This document shows positions 12,679 through 25,070 of a DNA stretch of 64,000 bases, piece by piece. Within the stretch, counting starts at the first letter, position 1; each line of letters starts with the position of its first letter. The translations under genes were made by a program, and so were the position numbers. The notes beneath the pieces are model-generated. The model ran no database searches and had not been told where the DNA came from. It saw nothing but the letters and a program-made list of their open reading frames with translations. This DNA is from Eledone cirrhosa. Its lineage: Eukaryota. The stretch is taken from the NCBI GenBank assembly GCA_964016885.1, contig OZ024742.1, positions 321,036,001-321,100,000 of the forward strand, in the 5' to 3' direction.

Positions 12679-12902
12679 TAAAATAACAGATTAAAGTTTA
12701 AGCAAAGAATCGCTGCTTTCACCCTTAACGGGATCTTCTGAAACTCAGAAGATCCCGTTAAGGGTGAAAGCAGCGATTCTTTGCTTAAACTTTTATCTGT
12801 TATTTTAATAAATATTTGCTCTACGGTTCTTATATATTTGATATATATTTATCCTTATCGAGCCCTCTTTGGATTTTAGTCTTCAAATTTATTATTATTA
12901 CT
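12679..12902 (+). mobile_element. Fold-back element in (TA)n, family B (copies 16053-16120, 45779-45957)
   Basis: Near-perfect palindrome 12679-12806 plus an about 95-bp tail. Three copies. Confidence 0.8.
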
Positions 12903-13051
12903 ATATATACATATATAGTTATATGGTTTGTTGATTATTATTCAACAGAGTTAATTTTATAACAGATTTGAAGCACTCTACAAAATTTATCTGGAGTATT
13001 ATTAATATTAACAATATTAATAAATGGAAATTATCTTTATAGTATCATATT

Positions 13052-13111
13052 TATTTTATTATTCGTATTTCAAGGGCAGAAAATGTTAGTGTGCTTTCAT
13101 CAGATAAAATA
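13052..13111 (-). ncRNA. Type I hammerhead ribozyme
   Basis: The minus strand reads TATTTTAT-CTGATGA-AAG..CTT-GAAA-TACGAA-TA-ATAAAATA. Confidence 0.8.
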
Positions 13112-13205
13112 TACTATTTGGTGTTAAGATATTGACATACCTTAGCGCAAACGCAAACTAGTAAGTTTGCGCTAAGGTATGTCAATAACTGAAAATCAAA
13201 TATTA

Positions 13206-13264
13206 TATTTTATCTGATGAAAGACACTAAAATTTTGTGTTCTTGAAATACGTATAATAAAATA
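13206..13264 (+). ncRNA. Type I hammerhead ribozyme, palindromic minimal stem III
   Basis: TATTTTAT-CTGATGA(13214-13220)-AAGACAC..GTGTTCTT-GAAA-TACGTA-TA-ATAAAATA. Predicted cleavage after 13256. Confidence 0.88.
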
Positions 13265-13313
13265 AATATGGTACTATAATCTCCATTTAATAATATTGTT
13301 AATATATATATAT

Positions 13314-13790
13314 GACCACTAGCTACGTCACAGTTCTTAGCCATTTTGAATTCGTTTCTGGCGGGGATCATTTAAGAAAAATCTTTGTCCAATTGAGTTT
13401 GTTTCCTGATGATTTCGAAACTCGTGAATTTATCCTTGATCGGATATTTCCAAACAGCGAATGAAACCCCATGGGGTAGAGACATAATTTTGGTATGCTT
13501 ATATACATTTTCTCTTCTAACTTTGATTTTGTACCTAATTGTGTATGGATTGGCTATATATCTAATCGATTTCTACGGGCTATTAGAAATACTGGGTAAA
13601 TATTCTGTGGCTGGTGATCGCGAATAAAATAGCCATCGTTTATTTATCTATTGTTTCTTCATAGGTACCTTTTAATCTTATAGTCTTGTTTAATTGATTT
13701 TTTGTGTGGTTGATTATGCTGATTGGGAGAGGAAATACTGTATATATTTTATCAAATGATTCTATGGACGTATTTTATTGTATATGTATA
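13314..13790 (-). mobile_element. Decayed repeat family C (related to 16180-16970 and 20240-20770), possibly Penelope-like coding remnant
   Basis: The three loci share blocks such as TTTCCTCTCCCAATCAGCATAATCAACCAC and CACAATTAGGT. A coding origin is only weakly suggested. Confidence 0.5.
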
Positions 13791-14159
13791 TATATATATA
13801 TTCGTTTTTGAATTTGTTTTGCGAAATTTCTTATCTAAAAACGTGTGTTGAAGCTGATATTGTTATACTTTGGGAGGGTCATGTTGTCAATAAAACACAT
13901 GCACCTGTTGGTTTTCACTTCGTTTTATAAGTTTCCTGTTGGTTGGTTGATTCGATAACCGGAAGGTTGTTTATATATCGTCAAAGCTCTTTCGTCACAC
14001 ATTCTGTGATCTCGTACTAAGTCGGGTATATGTGGGTTTGAAAATTGATTAAAGATTTTTCATCTTTCGTTTTTCAATTTGCTGAGAAATATATACATTT
14101 GACATGTTTACATGTCCATATCCTCAATGGGTTAGTTTATATAAGACTAAACACAGTTT

Positions 14160-14268
14160 TGGTTACCTCTGAGTGGTTAGAGAATTGGATTCGCAAACGT
14201 GAGGCTGTGAGTTAGATTTCTGGAGCGGGCGTTGCGTTATGTCCTTGAGCAAGACACTTTATTTCACG
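14160..14268 (+). mobile_element. Second tRNA-derived SINE family fragment
   Basis: GAGTGGTTAGAG A-box-like motif, a decayed B box, then GTCCTTGAGCAAGACACTT, a common SINE central motif. Confidence 0.6.
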
Positions 14269-14449
14269 GGAGTTGCGACCGATAGATAGTATTAATAATT
14301 GGAAAGACCAACGGAAACATTATTTCCTCGGTCCGATTCAACGAAAGTAGATCGACTGTCGAATATATATGTATATGTATATATGTGCATATTTGTCTAT
14401 GTGTGAGTGTGCGTGTGTATCTCTTTATCTCTCTATCTCCCTGTCCCTC

Positions 14450-14494
<45 letters not shown>

Positions 14495-14630
14495 ATTACG
14501 TCAAATATGTCATATGATTCCAGTTCCTCAAGGAAATAACAACACAACCAGGAGCTGGATATATCGATGTATTGACGGAGTAAAATACACTTCAACAACA
14601 TGTGTACCTGTCTTTCCCACACCAATTCGG

Positions 14631-14685
14631 ACTGCCTGAAGAGGTCACAGCCAATGATGGCTGTCACCGAAATATATATAGCAGT
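14631..14685 (+). ncRNA. Type I hammerhead ribozyme, canonical core
   Basis: ACTGC-CTGAAGA(14636-14642)-GGTCACAGCCA ATGA TGGCTGTCACC-GAAA-TATATA-TA-GCAGT. Lies in a (TA)n-flanked unit with a 22-bp inverted repeat at 14489-14510/14721-14742. Confidence 0.9.
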
Positions 14686-14836
14686 ATAACTATAATTTAT
14701 AATAAACGAAGCCAAATTTAACATATTTGACGTAATTATTTTACATTACTCCGGAGTAAACAAACCAACCTGCAACTTCGTCGAGTGCTCCAATCTGTAT
14801 ACTGAAGTGTCAGTAAACAACCAACATATACTCAAA

Positions 14837-14934
<98 letters not shown>

Positions 14935-15149
14935 ACATATATATATATATAAATTTATAAATATATGTGTAAATGTGTATGTCCATAATTACCACAGATG
15001 TTTCACAAATTCATGTAAGTCCACAAACGTGTCTTATCAACTTGGCAGATCTGAAAAGAAGAGAATGACAGATTGGTCTCTCATTGCTTCGCTATTTCCT
15101 TTCTTTGGTCTGTGTATGTATAAAACACACACACACATATATGTATATA

Positions 15150-15389
15150 CAGTGTACACCCGACATTCGCGATCCCCACATTTTTCGTGGCAATATATAT
15201 TTTTTTAACGTTAAATTATTAATAACAATATACCGTATTTGCCGGTCTATTGGACGCTCCTTTGCATATTATATTTTACGTTATATTTTGATGTTTATAG
15301 GTATTTTTATGGACCACATCCAATATTCGCGGTTTTCCACTCTACGTGGGTCCGCTGGGAACGTAACCACCGCGAATACCGGGGGGAAC

Positions 15390-15391
<2 letters not shown>
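15150..15391. mobile_element. Tc1/mariner(pogo)-type MITE (relative at 21621-21957)
   Basis: TA-CAGTGTACACCCGACATTCGCG ... CGCGAATACCGGGGGGAACTG imperfect TIRs. Internal homology to 21621-21957. Confidence 0.65.
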
Positions 15392-15437
<46 letters not shown>

Positions 15438-16204
15438 AGTTATATATTAATTTATATGATAAACACAAAACGTGTTTGTATTGTAACAGACAAAGTTAGC
15501 CAGCATGAAATAAACTAATTAAAGTGAATACAATTTGTCTGTCTCGATGCAAGTCAATAAAGACAAGCTTATATTGGCAAAAGCCGTGATTCCTGGACAA
15601 ATTTAAATTTCAAAATCCAAACCCGCTCCGTAGATGAATTTGAACTTCGAAACCCAAATATGTTTCGCAACGATGGTACATGAATTGAAAAATAAAGAGA
15701 ATCGAAATGGAGTTGAAATAAAAAGTGAAATAACCAAATTTTCTGTGCTTATCAACAGGAATCCAGTAAAATTAGTACATTCCACCTTCAAAAATTTTGC
15801 AGGTCTGACTACACGTGTATGTAGCCAGCTATACTAGCCATCCCGTATTCCCGGTACTAGAAATAACAGCCGTTTATATGGGATTAAAGGTCAGCTCTAC
15901 AGTTAAGGAGCAATACACTATATTATATTTAGAGATTAGACTCATAGTCGTTTACAATTAATCAGCTCGAAGAAAGAGGCATTTTTGAGCAGTGAAATAC
16001 AAGTTATATATTAGTGTATTGCTCCTTAACTGTACACGAATAATATATATTATAATAACAGATTAAAGTTTAAGCAAAGAATCGCAGCTTTCACCCTTAA
16101 CGGGATCTTCTGAAACTAAAAAAATCCGTCTGTGAACGCAGAAGTAAATATTTCGATGAGTTTTGGCTACCTTTCACGGTGTGGCTCAATGAAGAATTAA
16201 TTAA

Positions 16205-16970
16205 GCAAATAATCATTAATCGGAGCTATATATAAAATTGCAAGGTTGAAGAATTATTAGATAAAATATATATAGCATTTCCTCTCCCTAGTCCGTATAA
16301 ATCAACCACATAAATAATCATTTAAACGAGGCTATAAGTTTAAAATGTAACTATGAAGAAATAATAGACAAATGATACAGACTATCTTCCGCGAGGGACA
16401 GCCAGATAAAATTTACCTAGTCATTCCTTTTAGCCCATAGAAATTGACTAGACAAATAATCAACTACACGGAGTTAGGTATAAAATAGAAGTTTGAAGAA
16501 AAAATGCATATAAACTTTACCAAAATTCCCCTAGTCTTGACTACCGGTGGTTTCGTTCCTTTTCTGTGGATATACTCGATCTTGGATCTATCCAGGAGGC
16601 TTGGAACTCAATAAACGCCTCAAGTCTGGACTAAAGTTTCTACCGTGATCCCCGCCAGAAATGAATTAAAAAATGGCTAAGAACTATCACGTGGTTAGCG
16701 GTCAAACTTCTATTTTATACCTAACTCCGTGTAGTTGATTATTTGTCTAGTCAATTTCTATGGGCTAAAAGGAATGACTAGGTAAATTTTATCTGACTGT
16801 CCCTCGCGGAAGATAGTCTGTATCATTTGTCTATTATTTCTTCATAGTTACATTTTAAACTTATAGCCTCGTTTAAATGATTATTTATGTGGTTGATTTA
16901 TACGGACTAGGGAGAGGAAATACTATATATATTTTATCTAATAATTTTTCAAACTTGCTATTTTATATAT
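16205..16970. mobile_element. Large fold-back of family C (arms about 270 bp)
   Basis: 16225-16494 is nearly the exact reverse complement of 16704-16972. Confidence 0.85.
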
Positions 16971-16973
16971 ATA

Positions 16974-17562
16974 CTAGCAGTGGTACCCGGCGTTGCACGG
17001 GATAAGGTATTTTGGAACGCGGACCGCCAACAGACCTAATCGTGGAAAAACTGCATGCCTGGACAATATGTAAAGAAAATAAACCGAATACTCTAATGGC
17101 TGGATAATCTTTAAGATTTTCCTCGATGAAGCAGGAAAAATGCAGGTTTTCACCTAATGGAGAACAAGAAAATAAATTTTTTTAATGTGCATAATATGCC
17201 TTGAAATTTCGGGAAAATCGGCTAGACGTAACGCCTCAAAAAAGCCCTAAAAAGCTGAAAAAATGAAGTTTTTCACCTAATGCTGGCCCTAGGCCATAAA
17301 AAAAAGTTGGATTTTCTTTGCTCACGGTATGAAGAAGAGACTGACTAATACATAGTTACAATTTCAAGAAAATCGGTCTGACGTAACGCCTCAAAAAACC
17401 CCTAAAAAGCTAAAGAAAACGCAGTTTTTCACATGATGCGGGTCGTAGAGGATCAAAAAGTTGAATTCTTTTATGTGCATAACACTCCCTGAAACATAAG
17501 TAATACAGATGTAAAGTTTGGAAAAAGTCGGTTGGGTACTTCTCGAGTTTTAGGGATTCAAA

Positions 17563-17626
<64 letters not shown>

Positions 17627-17648
17627 TCCTCAGTTTTATATATATATA
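16974..17648 (-). mobile_element. Non-autonomous Helitron
   Basis: The minus-strand 3' end has the hairpin CCCGTGCAACGCCGGG followed by CTAG|T. Ends are shared with 23013-23598. Confidence 0.78.
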
Positions 17649-17763
17649 TGCGTATACCCTGAATGGTTTACAAACTATGTTCAAATATCAACTGAATGAG
17701 AACTCAATACATGTGAGCATATGATACGAATTTGTTTTAATATACACACACACGCACATATGA

Positions 17764-17854
<91 letters not shown>

Positions 17855-18145
17855 CGTGTGTGCGTGTGCGTGTATCTGCTACTTCTATGATATTCTGTGT
17901 TTGGCATGTTTGCATGTGTATCTGTACATGTATGCGTGTATTTATATCTTGTTTCTCCTACAAGTTTCTGTGTGTGTGTGTGTGTGTGCGTCTTTTTTAT
18001 TCTTTTTCTCTTGTTTGTCTTATCTCTCACTCAGTAGTTACTATTCTTCTTTTTTGTTTGTATTTTATGTGTGTGGGGGTTTCTATCTGTGTGTCCTTTA
18101 GATTTCTGTGTTCTGTGTTCTTTCTTATGCTGTCCCCAATCGCTA

Positions 18146-18900
18146 GGATATGGCGTTGTTAGACCATTCATGCTTTCTATTGAGTTTAGGCCTACACTCA
18201 CTTATATAATATTCACTTCCTTAAGCTGTCTGAGCATTGTGTTTGTTCAGTGTGTAGTTATAATTTTTATTTCAATGTTTTCTAGTGAGCTATCATGCTC
18301 AAGTTAGACATTTTAGGGCACTGCTGAGTTTTACTCGATTTGTAGTTCTCACCAGTCCTCATTTACTGCAATCCTTCTCACCTATATATGTTGGGGTCAT
18401 ATTTCGGCATAGTCCGTCTGTACATCTTATGCTATGAATTAGATGTCTAGCTCAACAGTTTATCTGAAGGTTTACTTTGTGGACAATACAATTATATTCC
18501 ATTTTGGGGGTTTCCCTGGGCCATTCTGCTGATCAGGGCTTTTATGGTAATTCCTTGGTTTTCTACTGTCCTAATTTTTTATTTCAATTCATTTAAAGTC
18601 CTTCTAAATCTATAAGCTAGTTCACGCCGGGGACTAGCATCCATGGACATCACACTGAAGTATATTTTGGTGTTAGAACACGAGTTGACCATACCTACCC
18701 TTTTCCTTATTCTCTCAATTCTTTTCCATGATTCTCTCCTATACACCGGACATACTACATTTGAATAATTTTCTATGATATTTTTTTCAATTTTGCCCTG
18801 GCTCTTTTGTATACCTTAATCCTGGTTGTTTGGTTGTATCCAGAGAACTGCATATAGTGGATGAAGTGTTGTAAGCGTCTGTCTAATTATTTAGGATCAC
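18146..18900 (-). mobile_element. Decayed Penelope-like element, thumb/GIY-YIG region
   Basis: Minus-strand fragments DASPRRELAYRFRRTLNELK, KIRTVENQGITIKALI, TYIGE, ENIEIKIITTH, MLRQLKE and PKLNRKHEWSNN. These match the ORF at 21366-21610. Confidence 0.75.
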
Positions 18901-18946
18901 ACACGCGGGACACGTTCTTCATCACTCGTACTAAGTCACGTATATG

Positions 18947-19160
18947 TAGGGTGGGCCATAATTCGCTTAATGATTATAAAGAAACATAATAATGGCGTGG
19001 CTTTTTTAGTACAAACGGACAGCATTCCAAACATATAATGTAACTATGGAAACTTACATGAATTACCTATGTAATTTTGTAGTAATATAGCTGAATATCA
19101 CTATAGTTTTTATGTACATTCCTTTGCAGTTAGCTTGTAATCTAATTATGGCCCACCATG
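18947..19160. mobile_element. Tc1/mariner-type MITE
   Basis: TIRs GGTGGGCCATAATT / AATTATGGCCCACC, with TA at the right flank. Confidence 0.65.
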
Positions 19161-19344
19161 TATATATAACAGCAACAATAACTGCAATTTGAATTACATG
19201 CACAGTCTATTGTGTGTTTTTTGTATATATATATATATGCGTGTGTGCGTGTGTGTACTTATATATATATTTGTATTCAAGAATAGACAAGACAAACACA
19301 GAGATACAAAGGCACAGACTTATTAGTTTACACACACAAATATC

Positions 19345-19369
<25 letters not shown>

Positions 19370-19376
<7 letters not shown>

Positions 19377-19836
19377 TTGCCCCCTCATTATAGAGTATGG
19401 CCATTGCACGATATACCATTATTAATAATTCTTAATTAACTCTATCGTGCAATGCCTGTCCGTGATTATATTTTTTAAAGTGACGAAAGACTGTGCACTG
19501 AGCCAATCCCACTCTCTGAGCGACAGTAGCTATAACCCGAAAAAAAGAAAAGATCAACATCATCGGTAACTACTGAGCCGCAGGTTTTATATCGGAGTTA
19601 TTCCAGTTTCCTGAGTTGTCTTCTCCTAGAAGAATGCCCTGACAAAGGCTAGGAGCCCTTCACTCCGAGTGGTTTAACCGCGCGATACATGTGTATACAC
19701 ACTTTCAGATGGCCGTTGACTCTTATGGTCGAGTCGTCAGCGACTGAACCGGCTACCCCACCAAGTTTACTTGGTGAGGAGGGTGATTTTGGACACCCTG
19801 CAGGAGAAAAAGCAAAACCTGACAAATGGCGGAAGA

Positions 19837-19838
<2 letters not shown>
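19370..19838 (-). mobile_element. Bipartite non-autonomous RTE element with inverted 5' segment
   Basis: 19370-19726 is the reverse complement of the 8690-9144 element. 19720-19838 is the family's 5'-most segment (compare 8058-8165) in the opposite orientation. Confidence 0.82.
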
Positions 19839-19878
<40 letters not shown>

Positions 19879-20131
19879 TTCAAGAATAAACGAGACAAAC
19901 TCAGAGACACAAAAGCACAGACTTATTAGTCTATGTATTTAAAACTGCTCTCCAAAAAAGCAAATCAATCTGATTGATTTTTTAAGTCTTTCATAGGGTT
20001 ACTCCCTTGATAATGGGTTTTTAAACCCGACAATATTTGGGATCATAAAATTTGCTACAGTAACATTCTTTTAATAGCTTGGCGATTTAATGTTCTTTCT
20101 AACGCATTGTTTGGTTTTCAAAATTATTGAA

Positions 20132-20213
<82 letters not shown>

Positions 20214-20296
20214 GGTTTACATATACATAAAGTTATATATGTTGCAACCGGTCACTTTGTGGCTCTATGAAGAATTAATAAATTAAATAATCAGAG

Positions 20297-20761
20297 CAAT
20301 ATATCATAAATCATGTCTTTAGAATTATCAGATAAATAAAATATATACCATTTCTTCTCCCAATCAGCGTAATTAACCATATAAAAAATCAATTAGACCA
20401 AGCTATAAGGATAAAGGTTCCTATAAAGAAATCTCCGACAAATAACCGAAAGTGGCCTCTTCGCGGTGGGCCCAATAGAGTTTTTATCCAACATTTCGAC
20501 AGCATGTAGAAACTGACTAAATATACAATCAACCATACACAATTAGGTGTAAATTCAAACTTAGAAGAAATGTGTACATACCGTAACCTACTGGGGCCAC
20601 CGCGAAGAAGCCACTTTCGGTTATTTGTCGGAGATTTCTTCATAGGAACCTTTATCCTTATAGCTTGGTCTAATTGATTTTTTATATGGTTAATTACGCT
20701 GATTGGGAGAAGAAATGGTATATATTTTATTTATCTGATAATTCTAAAGACATGATTTATG

Positions 20762-20767
<6 letters not shown>
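20297..20767. mobile_element. Fold-back of family C in (TA)n
   Basis: About 170-bp near-perfect inverted arms 20300-20472 / 20594-20767. Confidence 0.85.
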
Positions 20768-20805
<38 letters not shown>

Positions 20806-20865
20806 TTCAATAATTATATTATGGAATACTGTTGGCTTCTTGCTACAATACTTTCTATACCTTTC

Positions 20866-20907
<42 letters not shown>

Positions 20908-20911
<4 letters not shown>

Positions 20912-21612
20912 CGTTTCTGAATTCGTTTAGCAAGATTCTTTATCTGAAAACGTGTGTTGGAACCGATATTGTTATGCTTTGGGAGGGTCATGTTGCCAAT
21001 AAGAAACACACGCACCAGTTGCTTTCACTTCAATTTATTATAAATTAAATTTTTAAATTTAAGAATTTATAAATTTCCGGTTGGTTGGTTGGTTGGTTCC
21101 ATAACCGGACGGTTGTTCATATATTGTCAAAGTTCTTTCGTCACACATTCTGTGACCTCTTCGGTGACTGGGTTTCTTTTCTTTGTTTTGTGCCTCTCCT
21201 TTGTTCTGTCCTACGCCATCTTGTTTTTGTGTGTGTTGTGTGCTTAGTTTGCGCATGTGTTACATCCGGGTGTCTGTGTGTGTTTGTATTTGTTTATTTA
21301 TTTGTTTATTTACATGTTACTAGTTAGTTGTTTGTTCTATGTGTGTGTGTGTTCTCATTTTGTCCTTAATTGTAAGTTGTGATGTTGCTATTCCATTCAT
21401 GTTTTCTATTTAATTTTGGTTGGAGTTCATTTATGTTTATTGCCTCTTTGATTTGTCTAAACATTGCGTCTTTTCTGTGTGTAGATTCTATTTTTATTTC
21501 TATATTCTCTAATTTGCCCTTATGTTCTATTTTAGCATGTTGGTGGAGTATTGATGATTCTTTTTTATCTTGAAGTTCTCGCCAGTGTTCATTTAACCGT
21601 TCTCCTATGCTA
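20908..21612 (-). mobile_element. Penelope-like element 3' end: GIY-YIG C-terminus plus 3' untranslated tail ending in (TA)n
   Basis: The ORF reads IGERLNEHWRELQDKKESSILHQHAKIEH..MFRQIKEAININELQPKLNRKHEW. Downstream is the hammerhead-like GTCA-CCGAAGA-GGTCAC..GTGAC-GAAA-GAAC-TT-TGAC (about 21126-21168). The tail is shared with 13800-14030. Confidence 0.8.
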
Positions 21613-22123
21613 TATATATATAGTGTGCCCTCGGTATTTGCGGTCACGACATTTACGGTCCCGATTATTCGCGGAATTTTCCTTAGAACCTAACGAATAA
21701 TTGTTCGTGGAAACCATCGCATATTCGCGGAATCATAAATATCTTCAGCGATTTTTTTATGGCTTTTTTCGTGGCAATATATATTTTTTCTCGCTTTTTC
21801 AAGCTAAATTATTAATAATAATATACAGTATTTGCCGGCCTATATTTTACGTTATGTTTTGACGTTCATAAGCATTGTTATGGACGACGTCCAATATTCA
21901 CGGTTTTTCACTCTTCGAGGATGGTCTAGGGCCGTGAACCCCGTGAATACTGAAGTGTTGATGTTAAACTAACACTAACTAAACTGATTAATATATATAT
22001 ATATATATATATGAAGGATTTGGGGCTCCGGCGGCTGAGCCCCAACAGCTAGATCCGAAAAGACATTTTTTCCAATTCCAACCCACCCGTCCCCTCAATC
22101 TACCTTATTTCTAATTCTTTCTC

Positions 22124-22152
22124 CTGGTGAAGGACTAGGGTCCGAAACGTTA
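22124..22152 (+). ncRNA. Minimal hammerhead motif, variant core
   Basis: CTGGTGA-AGGACTAGGGTCC-GAAA-CG-TT inside a (TA)n-flanked unit at 22012-22242. Confidence 0.5.
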
Positions 22153-22405
22153 AGACCCTCTTCCAGCTATTTCAAGCGTTAACCTAATATATTCCTTCCG
22201 TACACTGTACCGATTGTGTTGTTATTTCTGTTTACCTTTTACATATATATATATATATAAATTGGCAGAGTCGTTAGAACGTCAGATAGTAAGCTTGGAA
22301 TAGGCCCTTCATCCACCTCATGCATTGTCTCTCTGCCGATCACTGGCCGTTGGTCTCTGTCCTATGAGGCATATTTGCGCATCGCTGTCATTGACAGCAA
22401 TGTTT

Positions 22406-22497
<92 letters not shown>

Positions 22498-22627
22498 CGA
22501 AGAAAATGTGGTAAGGAACCAGATGGACCATAACGCACCAAAGTACTCAATACTCAATACTCAATACTTTTAGTCCAGAATTAGCCGTCGAAACGGCTTG
22601 AGCTCAGCTGTCGGGGTCATACTTGTT

Positions 22628-22665
<38 letters not shown>

Positions 22666-22979
22666 TATTGTCAACATTTGTTTGGTGGGGAGGCGGGGTC
22701 GATTAAATCGACCCCAGCGCCTTACTGGTACTGGTTGAGATTTGAAATTGGAAAGCAAACGGTCATAACTTTATTCCGCGAAGCATGTTGTCTGACGCTC
22801 TATCGATACTGCCAATCCACCGCCCTTATCTCGTATTATAATAGAAATGATTGGGTCTTTCCCCAAAGCTACGTAGCCTTAACCCTTACTTATATTTGCT
22901 ATTGTATTTTCATCGTAAACACCTGAATCTACGAGATTTTGATATTATTTATTTTGAAAACAATTCCTTTATTCCTTAA

Positions 22980-23786
22980 CCCTTTGGCATTTACATTACT
23001 CTATATTTAGTACTAGCAGTGGTACCCGGCGTTGCACGGGATAAGATATTGTGAAATATATAACCGCCTTAGCTAAGCTTAGTATTGACACAACCACGGC
23101 TGGCAAAGAAGTAAGGGTCTGGTGGTACGTAAGTAAGCAACACTGTGGCTTAAAACGTGAGGAAGAAGTTGTGTGCACTTACCAACTGTTTGGGGAATGA
23201 GTGTGAGATTAGACTTGACCATGGGTGGCAGAATAAATGGAGGCAGCAGACAGCCAGACATACAGACATACAGACAGATAGTATAAGGGCGCATCAAATT
23301 GTAGGAAGTGACGTAATGCAGACAGCCAGACATACAGACAGATATTATAAGAGTGCGACGTTATATGTATGTATCTATCTAAAAAGAGAAAGACTAAGAA
23401 TTATAGAGGGAGATTGCTAAATCGCCTAATGCGGTCTCTAGGGCATTGAAAATTTGAATTTTCTTTGCTCTGAACACTCCCTGGAACATAAATATTACAT
23501 GTGTAAAGTTTGAAAACAGTCGGTTGGGTGCTTCTCTAGTTTTAGGGATTCAAACTCACACACACACAGACAGACATCGTTAGTTTTATAAATAGAGATT
23601 GTATTTTCGCAGTAAAAGCTTTATCTTACATAATTATCTCAGATAATATTGAATCTATGAGATTTTGGTGTTATTTATTTTGAGAACAATACCTTAATGT
23701 AGCTATGAGCAGCCAGATATGCCCGATTTGAACAGAAAGAGGTGAGAGAGTTCTGGCCAGGGATGAGTGGTTTAAATGATTAAGGG
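22980..23786. mobile_element. piggyBac-like MITE interrupted by a Helitron
   Basis: TTAA|CCCTT..CATTTA ... TAAATG..AAGGG|TTAA. Confidence 0.55.
23013..23598 (-). mobile_element. Non-autonomous Helitron
   Basis: The minus strand begins A|TC at 23598 and ends with a hairpin plus CTAG|T at 23013. No TSD. Confidence 0.82.
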
Positions 23787-24169
23787 TTAACGTAGTTCAC
23801 AGGAAGATTCAGCGTATCACATTATGGAACAAAACTGGCCGTATGAATTACAGGTACAGGTAACTGGAGAGGAACTCAAACAATTTCCCGTCTACCAATT
23901 TTACTGACGAAGACTTTGGGGCGGAGGGGGGCATCTTAGTCTAAGTTTATAAAGACATGTCCAAGCAGAGCGATTGAACCCGGAATCTCATGATTGTGAA
24001 ACGAACTTGTTAACCATTTGGCCAAGCCTGTGTACTAAAGTATTAAAGTGCTAACAACCAAGAGACTTTAACACGGTGACCACTGCTACAATGTCAACAA
24101 CATCAAACAAGAGCAATTAAAACAACAACATAAACAGCCGTAGCAATCAAAACAATGTCTAAATTAATA

Positions 24170-24909
24170 CACTCATACGCATACACACGCTCACATACAT
24201 ACATATTTACATACATACATACATATAGATGCATACATAAATACACGCACACACATATATACATATATACATACATATTTATACATACATTCACACATAT
24301 ATACATATGCACACACATACATACATACAGACAGACATATATGCATACGTACGTACATACATATATACATACATGCATATATACATCCATATATACATAG
24401 TCATGCATATATAAATACACGCACACACACATATGTACATATATTCATACATATTTATGCATATATAAATATTTATACATATATTCATACATACATACAT
24501 ATGCATACACACACATACATACATGCATACATACATACATACGTACAAACATATATACATATAAACATACATACACTCACGCATACATACATACATTCAT
24601 ACATACATACATACATACAAACATACATACGTACGTACAAACATATATACATACATACATATATACATATAAACATACATACACTCACGCCTACATACAT
24701 ACACTCACACATACATACATACATGCATACATACATACATACATACATACAAACATACATACATACGTACGTACAACCATATATACATACATACATATAT
24801 ACATATAAACATATACACTCAAGCCTACATACATACACTCACACATACATACATACATACATACATACATGCATGCATACATACATACATACATGCATGC
24901 ATACATACA

Positions 24910-24941
<32 letters not shown>

Positions 24942-25025
24942 AACATACATACACTCACGCCTACATACATACACTCACACATACATACATACATACATAC
25001 ATACATACATACATACATACATACA

Positions 25026-25059
<34 letters not shown>

Positions 25060-25070
25060 CATACATACAT
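24170..25070. repeat. (CATA)n-type microsatellite field
   Basis: Direct reading. Confidence 0.95.

Larger units (their letters stand above)
12997..13304. mobile_element. Fold-back element with a hammerhead in each arm
   Basis: Central arms ATTGACATACCTTAGCGCAAAC/GTTTGCGCTAAGGTATGTCAAT. The outer arms are diverged but alignable. Confidence 0.85.
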
